Shown piece after piece: positions 8,475 through 18,451 of a stretch of DNA of 63,137 bases. The notes under the pieces were generated by a model, which searched no databases, was not told where the DNA came from, and was given only the letters and a program-made list of their open reading frames with translations. This stretch comes from a virus (taxonomy: Duplodnaviria > Caudoviricetes), in IMG/VR virus record IMGVR_UViG_3300010376_000008, positions 1 through 63,137 of that record; one strand, written 5' to 3'. The translations under genes and the position numbers were made by a program. The first letter of the stretch is position 1; each line of letters begins with the position of its first letter.

Positions 8475-8803
8475 TGTCGACGGTTACCAGTAAAACCCAG
8501 CGTTTTCGCAATGCCGCCTATATCAGCCAGGGCGGAAAGTGCTATTGGTGCGGCGCCCAGATGATTATCAAGACAAAGAAAAACGCCTCGCAGGTGTGGA
8601 ACGATCCGCGCGTCTGCACGGCCGATCATCTGGAGTGGCAGGCCGTCGGCGGAAAAACGACACGCGATAATATCGTGGCGGCTTGTCGGGATTGCAATAA
8701 CAAGCGGCACCCTCCTAAAAAGCTTTGGAACGGCGCCGTTCGCTATACCGTCAATGGTGATCCGATCGTACCGGTTTGTTATATTCCGAGGTACAGTAAA
8801 TGA
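8474..8803 (+). CDS. HNH endonuclease
   Basis: CYWCG..TADHL..GG..DNIVAACRDCNNKR. Confidence 0.88.
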   Translation: MSTVTSKTQRFRNAAYISQGGKCYWCGAQMIIKTKKNASQVWNDPRVCTADHLEWQAVGGKTTRDNIVAACRDCNNKRHPPKKLWNGAVRYTVNGDPIVPVCYIPRYSK

Positions 8804-8985
8804 CTGCTATAATCATCACCGATATAATCTTCTATCTGGTTGTAGGTTTTTACTGCGGGTTTCTGGCCTATAAGGCGGATCGCAAGTGCGGATCGATGAC
8901 GCTAATGCCTATTTTAGCGATTATTGCGTGGCCGCTTATTTTGCTGGTCCTCGGCCTCATGGAGTTGCAGGAGCTAGGCGAATGA
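8800..8985 (+). CDS. Small two-TM membrane protein
   Basis: Two hydrophobic stretches; ATGA overlaps on both sides. Confidence 0.65.
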   Translation: MTAIIITDIIFYLVVGFYCGFLAYKADRKCGSMTLMPILAIIAWPLILLVLGLMELQELGE

Positions 8986-10916
8986 AAATAGTCGTCGCCG
9001 ATTGGGAAACCTATTTCGACAATTCCTACACGCTCAGCAAGCTGACGACCGAGCAGTACGTGCGGTCCGACGGCACCAACGTCCGGCTGCCTGACGGCAC
9101 GTTCGCGCCCGCGTTCGAGCCCCACGGGTGCGCCATCAAGTGGACGCCCGACGTGCCGGCTGTCTGGTACTGCCGTCCTGACATCGATCGCATCATGGAG
9201 TCGCACAACTGGTCCGACACGATGCTGATTCATCACCACGCTCAGTTCGACTCGCTGATCGAGGCGTACTGGTACGGGGTGAGCCCGAAGGCGATCGGTT
9301 GCACCTTGTCGATGGCTCGCTTGCTCCTGGGGAACCACGTGTCTGTTTCCCTCGACTCGGTGCGCAAGCGTTTCGGGATTCCCCCCAAGACGACCCCCTA
9401 CAACCTGTTCCGCGGGAAGCATTGGGAGCAGCTCACCCGGTGGGAGCAGGATCAGGTCGCCGGCGGTGCGTGCGACGAGGTGGAGTCGATCTGGAAGATT
9501 TTCCAGATCCTGGCCAAGGATTTTCCCACGGAGGAATACCAGGTTGTCGATACCATCATCCGCATGTTCACCGAGCCGGTGTTGCGGGCCGATTTGAATC
9601 TGTTGCGAGAGATTTGGAAGGATGAGGCGATCGCCAAGGAGGGCCGCCTCGAGATTCTCTCCCGAGAATTCGCCCGGCCGATCGGAAAGGAGCAGCTGCA
9701 GTCGGCCGAGCAGTTCGCTACCCTTTTGCGCGAATGCGGGGTGGAGCCCGGCACCAAGCCGTCGCCGACCGGTAACGGCGATATTTATGCGTTCGCCCGC
9801 ACCGACCAGTTCATGCGCGACCTGCAGGACGACGAGGACGACGTCATCCGGATGCTGGCCGAGGCCCGGATCGGGCAGAAATCGACGCTTCTGCAGACGC
9901 GCGCCGAGACCTATGCCGGGATGGAGCGGCGGGGATCGCTGGCGGTCTATCTCAGCTATTCGGGCGCCAGCACGTTGCGGGTCAGCGGCGGCGACCGCGG
10001 CAATTTCCTGAATTTGAAGCGCGCCTCCAAGATCCGGAAGTCCATCAAGGCGCCCGAGGGGTGGATGCTGTGTCCGGTCGACTCGTCGCAGATCGAGTGC
10101 CGGGTGCTGCACTACCTGGCCGGCGGCCCTGACGAGCCGGTGGTGCAGAAATTCGCCCGCGGCGAGGACTGCTACGTCGACATCGCGTCGCAGTTCTACG
10201 GCGAGCGCATCTACAAACCCAAGCCGGACGATCCCAGGCGCGAGGAAATGGAAGCCAAGCGCGGGATGGGCAAGCAGAGTCGATTGATGTGCGGCTATGG
10301 GGCCGCGGCCGACCAGTTCAAGCGGACCGCCAAGAACGGTTTGTACGGACCGTCAATCGACATCTCGCTGGAAGATGCCGGCCGGTTCGTGGCGCTCTAC
10401 CGGTCCGAGAACCCGTCGGTGTGCGCGCGCAATACCGGCTATTGGGCCCAATCCGAGCGCATGATTGCCCGGCTGGCCGGCGGGCCGCCGGTCGATTGGG
10501 GGCCGCTGCACGTGCGCGATCACCGGATTTTCCTGCCCAACGGCTGCCCCTTGATCTACGACACCCTGGAATTCCACCGGCCTTCCGCCGACGAGGATTG
10601 CCGGCCGTTCGAGCGCGACGGCTACTGGCGCCTGCGGACCCGCGACGGGTGGAAGAAAATATGGGGATCCAAACTAACCCAGAACATTTGCGAGGCGGTT
10701 TCCCGCGTCATCATCAGCCAGGCGATGATCCGGATTGTCCGGCTGGGATACCGCGTGCTCAACTGGCCCTATGACGAGCTGCTGGTGCTGATTCCGCGCG
10801 ACCGCGCCGACGAGCATGCGCGCACGATGCTCGCCGAGATGCGGGCGCCGGTGCCGTGGCTGCCCGGCCTGCCGCTGGACGCCGAGGCGCATGTGGGGGA
10901 GCGGTACGAGAAATAA
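8982..10916 (+). CDS. Family A DNA polymerase (3'-5' exo + pol)
   Basis: ExoI DWETY, ExoII HHAQFD, motif A DSSQIECR, motif B RGMGKQSRLMCGYG, motif C YDE. Confidence 0.93.
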   Translation: MKIVVADWETYFDNSYTLSKLTTEQYVRSDGTNVRLPDGTFAPAFEPHGCAIKWTPDVPAVWYCRPDIDRIMESHNWSDTMLIHHHAQFDSLIEAYWYGVSPKAIGCTLSMARLLLGNHVSVSLDSVRKRFGIPPKTTPYNLFRGKHWEQLTRWEQDQVAGGACDEVESIWKIFQILAKDFPTEEYQVVDTIIRMFTEPVLRADLNLLREIWKDEAIAKEGRLEILSREFARPIGKEQLQSAEQFATLLRECGVEPGTKPSPTGNGDIYAFARTDQFMRDLQDDEDDVIRMLAEARIGQKSTLLQTRAETYAGMERRGSLAVYLSYSGASTLRVSGGDRGNFLNLKRASKIRKSIKAPEGWMLCPVDSSQIECRVLHYLAGGPDEPVVQKFARGEDCYVDIASQFYGERIYKPKPDDPRREEMEAKRGMGKQSRLMCGYGAAADQFKRTAKNGLYGPSIDISLEDAGRFVALYRSENPSVCARNTGYWAQSERMIARLAGGPPVDWGPLHVRDHRIFLPNGCPLIYDTLEFHRPSADEDCRPFERDGYWRLRTRDGWKKIWGSKLTQNICEAVSRVIISQAMIRIVRLGYRVLNWPYDELLVLIPRDRADEHARTMLAEMRAPVPWLPGLPLDAEAHVGERYEK

Positions 10917-10948
10917 ATTGGTTGACTACATTTGATTTTTAGAGCAGG

Positions 10949-11386
10949 TTGATTCGCATGCGCTGGTTCGAGAAATTGGCTGCATCCCGCCCGCCCGATT
11001 TCATCATAGGCGGCGCCGATCATCCGTATTTGAAGCGGTGGTGGGTAATTCCGCGAAACCGGTTTTTTAACATCTATTTGCACCAGTTCCTTCGCGACGA
11101 TGACGATTGCGCGCTGCACGACCATCCTTGGATTAATTTTTCCTACATGCTGAAAGGCAGTTACACGGAGCATTCGATTGCAGCCGGCGGCGTTCACCAC
11201 AAGCGGATCCTCCACGAAGGCGCGTGGAAATTACGCCGCGCCAAGGCGGCGCATCGAATCGAGTTGCATGCCGGTCCGGCTTGGTCCCTGTTCATCACCG
11301 GCCCGGTAATCAGGGAGTGGGGGTTTCACTGCCCGCAAGGCTGGCGCTCGTGGAAAATTTTCACCAATGCGCGCGACAAAGGATAA
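10949..11386 (+). CDS. Cupin-like protein
   Basis: LHQFLRDDDDCALHDHPW..GSYTEH..AHRIEL..SLFITGP..WGF. Confidence 0.75.
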   Translation: MIRMRWFEKLAASRPPDFIIGGADHPYLKRWWVIPRNRFFNIYLHQFLRDDDDCALHDHPWINFSYMLKGSYTEHSIAAGGVHHKRILHEGAWKLRRAKAAHRIELHAGPAWSLFITGPVIREWGFHCPQGWRSWKIFTNARDKG

Positions 11387-11409
11387 CTACGCCGAAGCCG
11401 TGGAATTGA

Positions 11410-11425
11410 CCGACAAGCTTGTCGG
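11410..11425. promoter_or_regulatory. Perfect 16-bp palindrome overlapping a TTGACC -35-like box
   Basis: CCGACAAGCTTGTCGG, intergenic. Confidence 0.45.
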
Positions 11426-11457
11426 GTAGATCGTTAAATTCTGGCCAGAGGAAAGCA

Positions 11458-11844
11458 ATGGAAAACGAGACAGCGACGCATCCGATCTTTCAGGAACTGC
11501 CGACAAGCTCGCCACTCCCGCAGGACGCCCCGGCGACCACCACGGCGGTTGAGCCGCCGAAGAAAAAGCGCGGCCGGCCACGGCGCGCGCAGGCCTCGAC
11601 TGAGGTTCCGGCGAAGCCGCCGAGAAAGCGCCGCAAGAAGCGCGGCCGCCCGGCCGGCGTGACGACCGCCGCGGTCGACCGGGCCAGCAACCTCTCGGAT
11701 CTGGTGGTGCGGGTGGCGGGCGCCGTCTACAACGTGCCGGCCGCCTACCAGCAACCCCTGTTCGACTGCGTTAAAATCCTTGAGGCCGCGCGGGCCGACT
11801 CGCGTGCGCCGGTCGCTGCCGCGCTCGCCCAGATTTTTCAGTAG
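11458..11844 (+). CDS. Basic protein with two AT-hook-like motifs
   Basis: KKKRGRPRR and KKRGRPAG; GAGGA RBS. Confidence 0.7.
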   Translation: MENETATHPIFQELPTSSPLPQDAPATTTAVEPPKKKRGRPRRAQASTEVPAKPPRKRRKKRGRPAGVTTAAVDRASNLSDLVVRVAGAVYNVPAAYQQPLFDCVKILEAARADSRAPVAAALAQIFQ

Positions 11845-12130
11845 GGAGGTGGGGATTTCGCCTGCAGCCGCGAGGGCAACGGGCAAGCGTGGAAGGCGCT
11901 ACAAGGCACTGTTCCGGCCACCTCCACCCCCGTCACGAGGGGTCTTACATTCTGGTGAAACGGTGCAAGCCCTCACATAAGGTCCGCGACATGAACGCCC
12001 TGTGGTTCTGGGAGTTGCCGAAATCCGCGATGGGCGTGTGGGCGCCGATTTACAGCGGCTTTCCGGATTATGCAGCGGGTAAATTCATCTGGCCTCCACT
12101 TGAAAAGCCGATTTCGTGGGTCCGCATAGC

Positions 12131-12817
12131 ATGAGCGAGGGAATCCCCCCTTTTCTCGACCGCCGCCCGCTGGTGTGGAGCTACACGCTGCTCAACACCT
12201 ACGAGGATATATGCCCGCACCAGGCGGCGCACCGTTTCATCCTAAAAACCGTTCCGTTCGTCGAAACCGATGCCATGCGGTGGGGCAACCAGGTCCACGC
12301 CGCGATGGAATTGCGGGTGGGCGGCGGGAAGCCGTTGCCGGAATCGATGCACCAGTGGGAGCATTTCGCCGCGGCGGTGTCCGGCCGCGGGGCCCAATGC
12401 GAGCTGAAGCTCGGGATCACGGCCGACGGCCGTGCTTGCGATTTCTTTGCCAAGGACGTGCAGGGCCGCGGCAAGGTGGACGTGTCGATCATCAAGGACA
12501 TATCGGCGTTCATCACCGACTGGAAAACCGGCAATTCCAAATACGAGACCGCATTTGAGCTGGAGATCGGCGCCCTGCTGTTGCACGCGCTTTACCCGCA
12601 TTTGCGGCGAATCTTTGGGTGCTACGTGTGGCTCAAGGAGAACCGCATGGGGCAGCTGCACGACCTGTCGGACACCGCCGGCACGTGGATGCGGGTCCAG
12701 CATATGTTCGCACGCCTCAAGGCCGACCGCGCCAGCGGGCAGTTTGCCAAGCGGCAGGGGCCATTGTGCGCCTACTGTCCGGTCAAGGATTGCGAATTCA
12801 ACCGAGCGGTCGCATGA
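12131..12817 (+). CDS. PD-(D/E)XK Cas4/RecB-like exonuclease
   Basis: WSYTLL..CP; G..VH; RGKVDV; DWKTG; C-terminal CAYCPVKDC. Confidence 0.88.
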   Translation: MSEGIPPFLDRRPLVWSYTLLNTYEDICPHQAAHRFILKTVPFVETDAMRWGNQVHAAMELRVGGGKPLPESMHQWEHFAAAVSGRGAQCELKLGITADGRACDFFAKDVQGRGKVDVSIIKDISAFITDWKTGNSKYETAFELEIGALLLHALYPHLRRIFGCYVWLKENRMGQLHDLSDTAGTWMRVQHMFARLKADRASGQFAKRQGPLCAYCPVKDCEFNRAVA

Positions 12818-13143
12818 AAACCCCCGAAGGGTACGAGAAAGACGACATCGACAAGTACCTGGATTCGATCGGCTGCTGGCATTTCCGCACGTTCACCGGC
12901 GGCTTCGGATCGAGCGGGAAGCCCGACATCGTGACCTGCATGCCAACCATCATCAGCCCCGAATGGGTGGGGCGCCGGATGGGGCTGTTTGCCGGGATCG
13001 AAGTGAAGCGGGAAGGAAAAGTCCCGACCGTCCTGCAGGAGCGCCGGTTGCGCGAAATTCTCCAGGCCGGCGGGCTTGGGTTCTGGGGCACCGCCGACAA
13101 GGTGATTTCCGACATCACCAGGTGGCATAAAGCGAAAACGTGA
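12814..13143 (+). CDS. VRR-NUC domain nuclease
   Basis: GKPDIV..GIEVKREGKVPTVLQ..AGG. Confidence 0.88.
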   Translation: MKTPEGYEKDDIDKYLDSIGCWHFRTFTGGFGSSGKPDIVTCMPTIISPEWVGRRMGLFAGIEVKREGKVPTVLQERRLREILQAGGLGFWGTADKVISDITRWHKAKT

Positions 13144-13346
13144 AAATGTCACAACGCCCAATAAACGTCGCCCGCGCGATTGTGCTTATTAATTGCGGGT
13201 TGACCAATGACGACGTCGGCCGGCAATTAGCAGCTGAAGAAGGGCGAAAAATGCCGTATACTGGAAATGCTATTAGTAGGGCTGTTAGAAAATATGACGG
13301 GGGTTTAAAGTGCAATTCTGGCACGATAAAGCGCGCAACATCCTGA
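13140..13346 (+). CDS. Small hypothetical, possible HTH
   Basis: GLTNDDVGRQLA..YTGNAISRAVR. Confidence 0.5.
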   Translation: MKMSQRPINVARAIVLINCGLTNDDVGRQLAAEEGRKMPYTGNAISRAVRKYDGGLKCNSGTIKRATS

Positions 13347-14902
13347 TTTACCCGCAGGCGGCGCCGTTCCTCCTGCAGGCAATTCCGGAAGCGCGCTCCG
13401 TCAACGGCACCTTGATGGCCGTGCCGCGAACCCTGCGCAACTGCCAGGTTCTCAGGAAATACGATTTCCCGGTGCCGCCGGTGATGGAGAATTACGACTG
13501 GCCGATCGAGCCCGGCCGCAAGCCGCTACAGCACCAGAAGCTCTACGCCAATTTCACCGTGCTGCATCCGAAGATGTTCAATCTCGGCGATCCCGGCACG
13601 ATGAAAACGCTCTCGACCTTGTGGGCGTTCGACTGGTTGCGCCGGCAGCACCCGGGCGAGGAATTCCGCGCGCTCGTGGTGGCCCCGCTGACGATCCTCG
13701 AGACCGTGTGGGCGTCGGCGATCTTCAAGAATTTCCTGTCCGGCATGACCTGCGAGATCCTGACCGGTGACGCCGGCCGGCGGACGCGGTTCCTGGCCCG
13801 CAAGGCGGACGTCTACATCATCAACCACGACGGCGTGGCCGTGGGGGCCCACACCCGGAAGTTCATCAAGCTGGACGGCTTGTCCAAGGAGCTGGCCGAG
13901 CGCGAGGACATCAAGGTTGTGATCATCGACGAGGCGCGGGCGTACGGCGACGCGCGCACCAAGCGCAACCGGATCGGCCGGCTGGTGTTCGGCCACAAGC
14001 CGTATCTGTGGCAATTGACCGGCACCCCCATGCCGAACGCCCCGACGGACGCCTACGGGATGGCCAAGCTCGCCAACAACGCCTACGGCAAGTCGTTCGA
14101 CGCCTTCCAGAAGGAAACAATGATCAACGTTTCCAAGTTCAAGTGGGTACCGCGGCGGGAAGGCTACGAGGTGGCGCGGCGCCTGCTGACGCCTGCCGTG
14201 CGGGTGCCGATCACGGCCGTGTGGGATGGGCCGCCGCGCACCACCCAGCAGCGGCGGGTGGCGCTCACGGCCGAGCAGGTTAAACTGATGGCCGAGCTGA
14301 AGCGGGATCTGCAGCTCACGGTCGCGAGCGGCGTGCCGATCACCGCCGCCAACGAGGCGGCCGCCCGCTGGAAGTTCATCCAGATTTCGCTGGGAGCCGT
14401 TTACGACGACGCCCACAAGGCGCACCTGGTCGACGCCAAGCCGCGGTACGAGGAAGTCGCGTCGATCATCGAGTCGACCGAGCGTAAGGTGATCGTGTTC
14501 GTGCCGATCACGTCGGTCATCGACATGCTGGCAATCTACCTGCGCAAGCGGTGGAAGATCGGCGTGATCAACGGGGAAGTCGGCATCAAGGAGCGCGCCA
14601 CCCTGATCCGGGCATTCGTGGATGAGCCCGATTTCAAGGTGATGGTCGTCGATCCCGGCACCACGGCGCACGGCATCAACGAATTCGTGGAAGCCGATAC
14701 CGCCATCTGGATGGGGGCAACCGACAAGGCCGAGCTGTGGATTCAGGGTAATGCCCGGATCGATCGGCCCGGGCAGAGGTATCCGACAACCGTGTTCCAG
14801 CTAGTTTCTAATAAACTGGAGGAAGAAATCTTCCGCCGGCTGGAAACCAACACCTCCATGCAGGGGCTGATGCTGGAAGCGGTCGCGCGCGGAGATTTGT
14901 AG
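13310..14902 (+). CDS. SNF2-family helicase
   Basis: DPGTMKT, LVVAP, IIDEAR, LTGTP, AHGIN, Q..ARIDRPGQ. Confidence 0.92.
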   Translation: MQFWHDKARNILIYPQAAPFLLQAIPEARSVNGTLMAVPRTLRNCQVLRKYDFPVPPVMENYDWPIEPGRKPLQHQKLYANFTVLHPKMFNLGDPGTMKTLSTLWAFDWLRRQHPGEEFRALVVAPLTILETVWASAIFKNFLSGMTCEILTGDAGRRTRFLARKADVYIINHDGVAVGAHTRKFIKLDGLSKELAEREDIKVVIIDEARAYGDARTKRNRIGRLVFGHKPYLWQLTGTPMPNAPTDAYGMAKLANNAYGKSFDAFQKETMINVSKFKWVPRREGYEVARRLLTPAVRVPITAVWDGPPRTTQQRRVALTAEQVKLMAELKRDLQLTVASGVPITAANEAAARWKFIQISLGAVYDDAHKAHLVDAKPRYEEVASIIESTERKVIVFVPITSVIDMLAIYLRKRWKIGVINGEVGIKERATLIRAFVDEPDFKVMVVDPGTTAHGINEFVEADTAIWMGATDKAELWIQGNARIDRPGQRYPTTVFQLVSNKLEEEIFRRLETNTSMQGLMLEAVARGDL

Positions 14903-14936
14903 TCTACTTGACTACGCAGATTTGAAGGGGTAAAAA
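14899..14936 (+). promoter_or_regulatory. Promoter with palindromic operator GTAGTC-N5-GACTAC
   Basis: TTGACT(14908)-N17-TAAAAA(14931); ATG at 14942 (likely leaderless). Confidence 0.7.
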
Positions 14937-14941
14937 GTGCC

Positions 14942-15370
14942 ATGAACGACGTCCTTAGCGAGCAGCCCGTCACGGTCGCGTCCCTCGTGGAGGAACGCCA
15001 GAAGCTCAAGGGATTCCTCGAGCAGGCGCAAGCCAGATTCGCCGAAGCGTGCCGGCCGCATCACGAGCGGATCGCCGCGATCGACAGCCAATGCATGCAG
15101 ATGATGCAACAGCAGGGCGTGAAGTCGTTGAAAACCGAGTTCGGAACTGCCATCATCTCGCAGACCGACACCTGCCGGATCCGGGATGGGCAGCGGGACC
15201 AGTTCCTTGATTTCTGCCTGGATCATTGGGAGGATTTCGGCGGCGCCATGCTGCAGATCGGGGCCCCCAAGGCCGAGGCGGTGCGGGAATACATGCAATT
15301 GAAGCAGGGGGCGCTCCCGCCGCACACCGAGATCAGTTCCCGCTTGTCGTTCTCCGTGAGAAAAGTATGA
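14942..15370 (+). CDS. Conserved coiled-coil protein of replication module
   Basis: Position and GVKSLKTEFGT motif. Confidence 0.75.
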   Translation: MNDVLSEQPVTVASLVEERQKLKGFLEQAQARFAEACRPHHERIAAIDSQCMQMMQQQGVKSLKTEFGTAIISQTDTCRIRDGQRDQFLDFCLDHWEDFGGAMLQIGAPKAEAVREYMQLKQGALPPHTEISSRLSFSVRKV

Positions 15371-15540
15371 TCGACCGCCTGCCCGGGGGACATATCGTTT
15401 TCCAGTGCGACTCGGGCGGCGAGACGTTCGAGGCCGGCACCGGCGATTTCAATGCCGCCTGGCAGTGGGCGCGTCGCGAGGGCTGGCAGGCAAAGAAAAT
15501 AGGAGACGTGTGGGTGCACACGTGCCCGGGATGCAAATAG
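15367..15540 (+). CDS. Small Zn-finger-like protein
   Basis: FQCD..GW..HTCPGC. Confidence 0.55.
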   Translation: MIDRLPGGHIVFQCDSGGETFEAGTGDFNAAWQWARREGWQAKKIGDVWVHTCPGCK

Positions 15541-15546
15541 GTCGAG

Positions 15547-15785
15547 TGAGTGGAGCTACGCGCGTCCTGGGCAAACTGCAAGGTTTTCGCGGGCTGCCTA
15601 TCCGCGACGAGAAAGCCCAAGCGCCTATCGGCGCCACGACTAATTGCATGGTGTCTGCCTGGCACCCCACGCCCAAGGAATTGGAAGCCCTGAATGCCGG
15701 CGCTCCCGTCCTCGTGAAGATCCTGGGTACAAGTCATCCACCAATCCTGGTGGAAGTCGGTCAAATTCCAACCGAAGGAGCATGA
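15547..15785 (+). CDS. Conserved phage hypothetical protein
   Basis: MVSAWHPTPKELEALNAG..HPPI. Confidence 0.65.
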
Positions 15786-15786
15786 A

Positions 15787-16857
15787 ATGACTGCACAGCT
15801 TCCCGCTCACTTGCAAGGCCGCCAGTCATCGCTGGCGCAAGGCGTCGTGTCGACGCTCGGTATCGGCTCGCCGCCCTACCTGTCGATTATGAGCAACGAA
15901 TTCAACCTGATCCGTCCGGGCAACGACCCCGAGCCCGCCGGCGCGTTCGATCAGGCAGCCGGCCGCTATTTCGATTGCGTGATTTTCGACCGTCTGGAGC
16001 GCATGACCAAGATTTATTGGGGAAGGTCGTTTGCGGACGACGGCACGCCGCCCGATTGTTTTTCCGACAACGGCGTGGCGCCGAGCATGAATGCTTCCGT
16101 TCCGCAATCCCCGATATGCGCGAGTTGTCCGCACGCCGCCTGGGGTTCCAAGATCAGCGAGATTTCCGGCAACAAGATCAAGGCCTGCTCGGACTTCCAG
16201 AAAATCGCCCTGGTGGCGTTCGACGCCAACCGGGTGCCGGTTCCCGGCTTCTGGCTGCTTCGCATACCGCCCAACTCGCTGCGCAATTTCTCCGCATATG
16301 CCAGCCGCTTCGTCGGGCAGGGGATCGACCTGGATTGCGTCGTCACGCGGATCACCTTCCAGAAAGGGTCGATCGGCACCCTGGAATTCCGGGCCGTCGA
16401 GTATGTGGCGCCCGAGATGCTCACGTTGACCGACGAGATCAGGAGCAAGAAACAGACCGACGGGATGGTGGGGCGCCTGGACGTTCCGCGGCAGGCGGCT
16501 TTGCCAGCTCCCAGCCTGGCGGTGGCGCCGCCGGCAGTCGCGGCGCCCGCCCAGGCTCCGATCGCGATCCCGCATGTTCCGGCGAGCTCCTTTGTGCCGC
16601 CCGCCGCGCCCGCGCCGGCCGCAGTTCAACAGCCGGTCCAGCCGGCCGCCGCACCAGCTCGATCAGGCAGGCGAGGCCGCCCCCGCGCCACCGCCGAACC
16701 CGCGACGGTTGCCGGATCAGTAGCACCGGTAGCCACCGCTCAGCCTGGGCCTGTTCAGCCGAACGGACCCACGCCGCCGACGGCGTTCGGGATCGGGCAG
16801 GGCGAGAGTCCCGACAACAAGTTGCAGGCAACCTTGACCGACATTTTCGGCCCGTAA
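15787..16857 (+). CDS. Putative ssDNA-binding/annealing protein
   Basis: PPDCFSDNG..CASCP..WGS..KAC core plus Pro/Ala-rich tail; function inferred from synteny. Confidence 0.5.
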   Translation: MTAQLPAHLQGRQSSLAQGVVSTLGIGSPPYLSIMSNEFNLIRPGNDPEPAGAFDQAAGRYFDCVIFDRLERMTKIYWGRSFADDGTPPDCFSDNGVAPSMNASVPQSPICASCPHAAWGSKISEISGNKIKACSDFQKIALVAFDANRVPVPGFWLLRIPPNSLRNFSAYASRFVGQGIDLDCVVTRITFQKGSIGTLEFRAVEYVAPEMLTLTDEIRSKKQTDGMVGRLDVPRQAALPAPSLAVAPPAVAAPAQAPIAIPHVPASSFVPPAAPAPAAVQQPVQPAAAPARSGRRGRPRATAEPATVAGSVAPVATAQPGPVQPNGPTPPTAFGIGQGESPDNKLQATLTDIFGP

Positions 16858-16913
16858 GTTCCCGGAACGTGCCCGCAAGCCTGATCGATTAATTTCTCAA
16901 AAGGTGAAAGCCG

Positions 16914-17123
16914 TTGCCCGCGGTAACGCTTCGGTGCCCGCAATGCAAACGAAAGAAGCGCGTCAGGAAAGATCGCACAGATCCAAAGCGCGCCGCTTAT
17001 GTTGAGTGTCTTTGCGATCAATGCGATGCGGGCGGCAACAAACCGGAGACAACCTATTGGGATGCATTGAATCGACAGATCAATCCACGGACGGGCAAGC
17101 CGTTTCGTATCCCGCCACCCTGA
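16914..17123 (+). CDS. Small Zn-finger protein
   Basis: CPQC..CDQC. Confidence 0.5.
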   Translation: MPAVTLRCPQCKRKKRVRKDRTDPKRAAYVECLCDQCDAGGNKPETTYWDALNRQINPRTGKPFRIPPP

Positions 17124-17176
17124 CGCGTCTAGTCTGGTGCGGAATCGATAGGCGAACGAAATCAAGGAGGATGTGT

Positions 17177-17335
17177 ATGGACGATGAGGCAGAGAGCCAC
17201 AAAGGGCCGCTTGCAGATGCCGTTCGGGAATATATTTCCGAGTACGACAACCCTGTGCCTGACTACAATTATCGCCGTACTCTTCGCAACCGACTCCGCG
17301 AACTCGCCGGCTGTCCAGCCGAACCAACTCGCTGA
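17177..17335 (+). CDS. Hypothetical protein
   Basis: AAGGAGG RBS. Confidence 0.55.
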   Translation: MDDEAESHKGPLADAVREYISEYDNPVPDYNYRRTLRNRLRELAGCPAEPTR

Positions 17336-17373
17336 CCTGCCATGAACGCTAATCAGTAGACAGAGAGGAACAC

Positions 17374-17817
17374 ATGGGACTCGACACGTCACACGATGCT
17401 TGGCATGGGGCGTATAGCGCCTTTATGCGCTGGCGGATGGAGATTGCTAAAATTCTCGGCATCCCGCTTGAATTGATGGCTGGGTTTTACCACTCCGAGA
17501 TCAACGAGAGAAAATTGGCAGAGTTTGCCGGTGAAAACGCTAAGCCGATTCTTGCGGTGCTTGAACGCAATTGCCCAATTGCGTGGGAAACACTCAAACC
17601 TGATCCACTCCATGCTCTTTTGTATCACTCAGATTGTGATGGAGAGATTTCTCCAGAGGACTGCGCGCAGATCGCAGATCGCCTTGAAGAATTGCTGCCA
17701 AAATTCCCGAATGGTGAAGGTGGAGGCCACATCGGGAACTGGCGCGACAAGACCAAACAATTCATTACCGGCTGTCGTGCAGCGGCAGCAGCCGGAGAAC
17801 CCTTGGACTTCCACTAG
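17374..17817 (+). CDS. Conserved phage hypothetical protein
   Basis: MGLD..YSAF..WR; LLYHSDCDGEI. Confidence 0.8.
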   Translation: MGLDTSHDAWHGAYSAFMRWRMEIAKILGIPLELMAGFYHSEINERKLAEFAGENAKPILAVLERNCPIAWETLKPDPLHALLYHSDCDGEISPEDCAQIADRLEELLPKFPNGEGGGHIGNWRDKTKQFITGCRAAAAAGEPLDFH

Positions 17818-17890
17818 CGCGGTGCCCGTATTGGGAATGTCCGTGCGCCGCCAACCCGAGAAAGTGTCTCACCGGGAGAACGAATAACCG

Positions 17891-18451
17891 ATGGCCCTCC
17901 ATGAACAATGCGTTGGGGCGACCGACGAATGGTACACACCGCCGCATGTCTTTAATGCGCTCAATTGTTCATTCGATCTTGACGTGGCCAGTCCCGCGCG
18001 ACCACCGGCTTGGGTGCCGGCGGTCAATTTTATAAGCGTCGACAGCCTCAATAAAGAGTGGTGCGGTTTCGTGTGGATGAATCCGCCCTTCGGTCCCCGC
18101 AACGGTATTGTTCCGTGGCTCGACAAGTTTTTTGAGCATGGCGACGGTATTGCTCTGACGCCCGATCGGACATCGGCGCCGTGGTGGCAGCAGTTCGCGC
18201 CTCGCGCCGATCTGATTCTGTTCGTGTCGCCGAAGATCAAGTTCATCGGCAAGAATGGAGCGCCCGGCAAATCTCCAGCACAGGGCACTTGCCTTATGGG
18301 TATCGGCAAGCGCTCACGCGAGCCACTGTACCGCGCGGAGGCGAATGGACTTGGTATCTTACTGACACGTGGTCAGCACGAGGTCCGCGGAAGCGATCCG
18401 CGTCCCGCTGAGGATATCATCCGCGAGCAGCGCGACGACTGGCGATCATAA
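17891..18451 (+). CDS. Phage DNA N6-adenine methyltransferase (Dam-like)
   Basis: DEWYTPP, FDLDVA, VWMNPPFG. Confidence 0.88.
   Translation: MALHEQCVGATDEWYTPPHVFNALNCSFDLDVASPARPPAWVPAVNFISVDSLNKEWCGFVWMNPPFGPRNGIVPWLDKFFEHGDGIALTPDRTSAPWWQQFAPRADLILFVSPKIKFIGKNGAPGKSPAQGTCLMGIGKRSREPLYRAEANGLGILLTRGQHEVRGSDPRPAEDIIREQRDDWRS

Noticed and set aside
11845-11930. Canonical tRNA or tmRNA
   Set aside because: No TTCRA T-loop or proper D and anticodon arms; kept only as a possible ncRNA
12131-12817. Cas4 as part of CRISPR-Cas
   Set aside because: Sits in a standard PolA/VRR-NUC/SNF2 phage replication module
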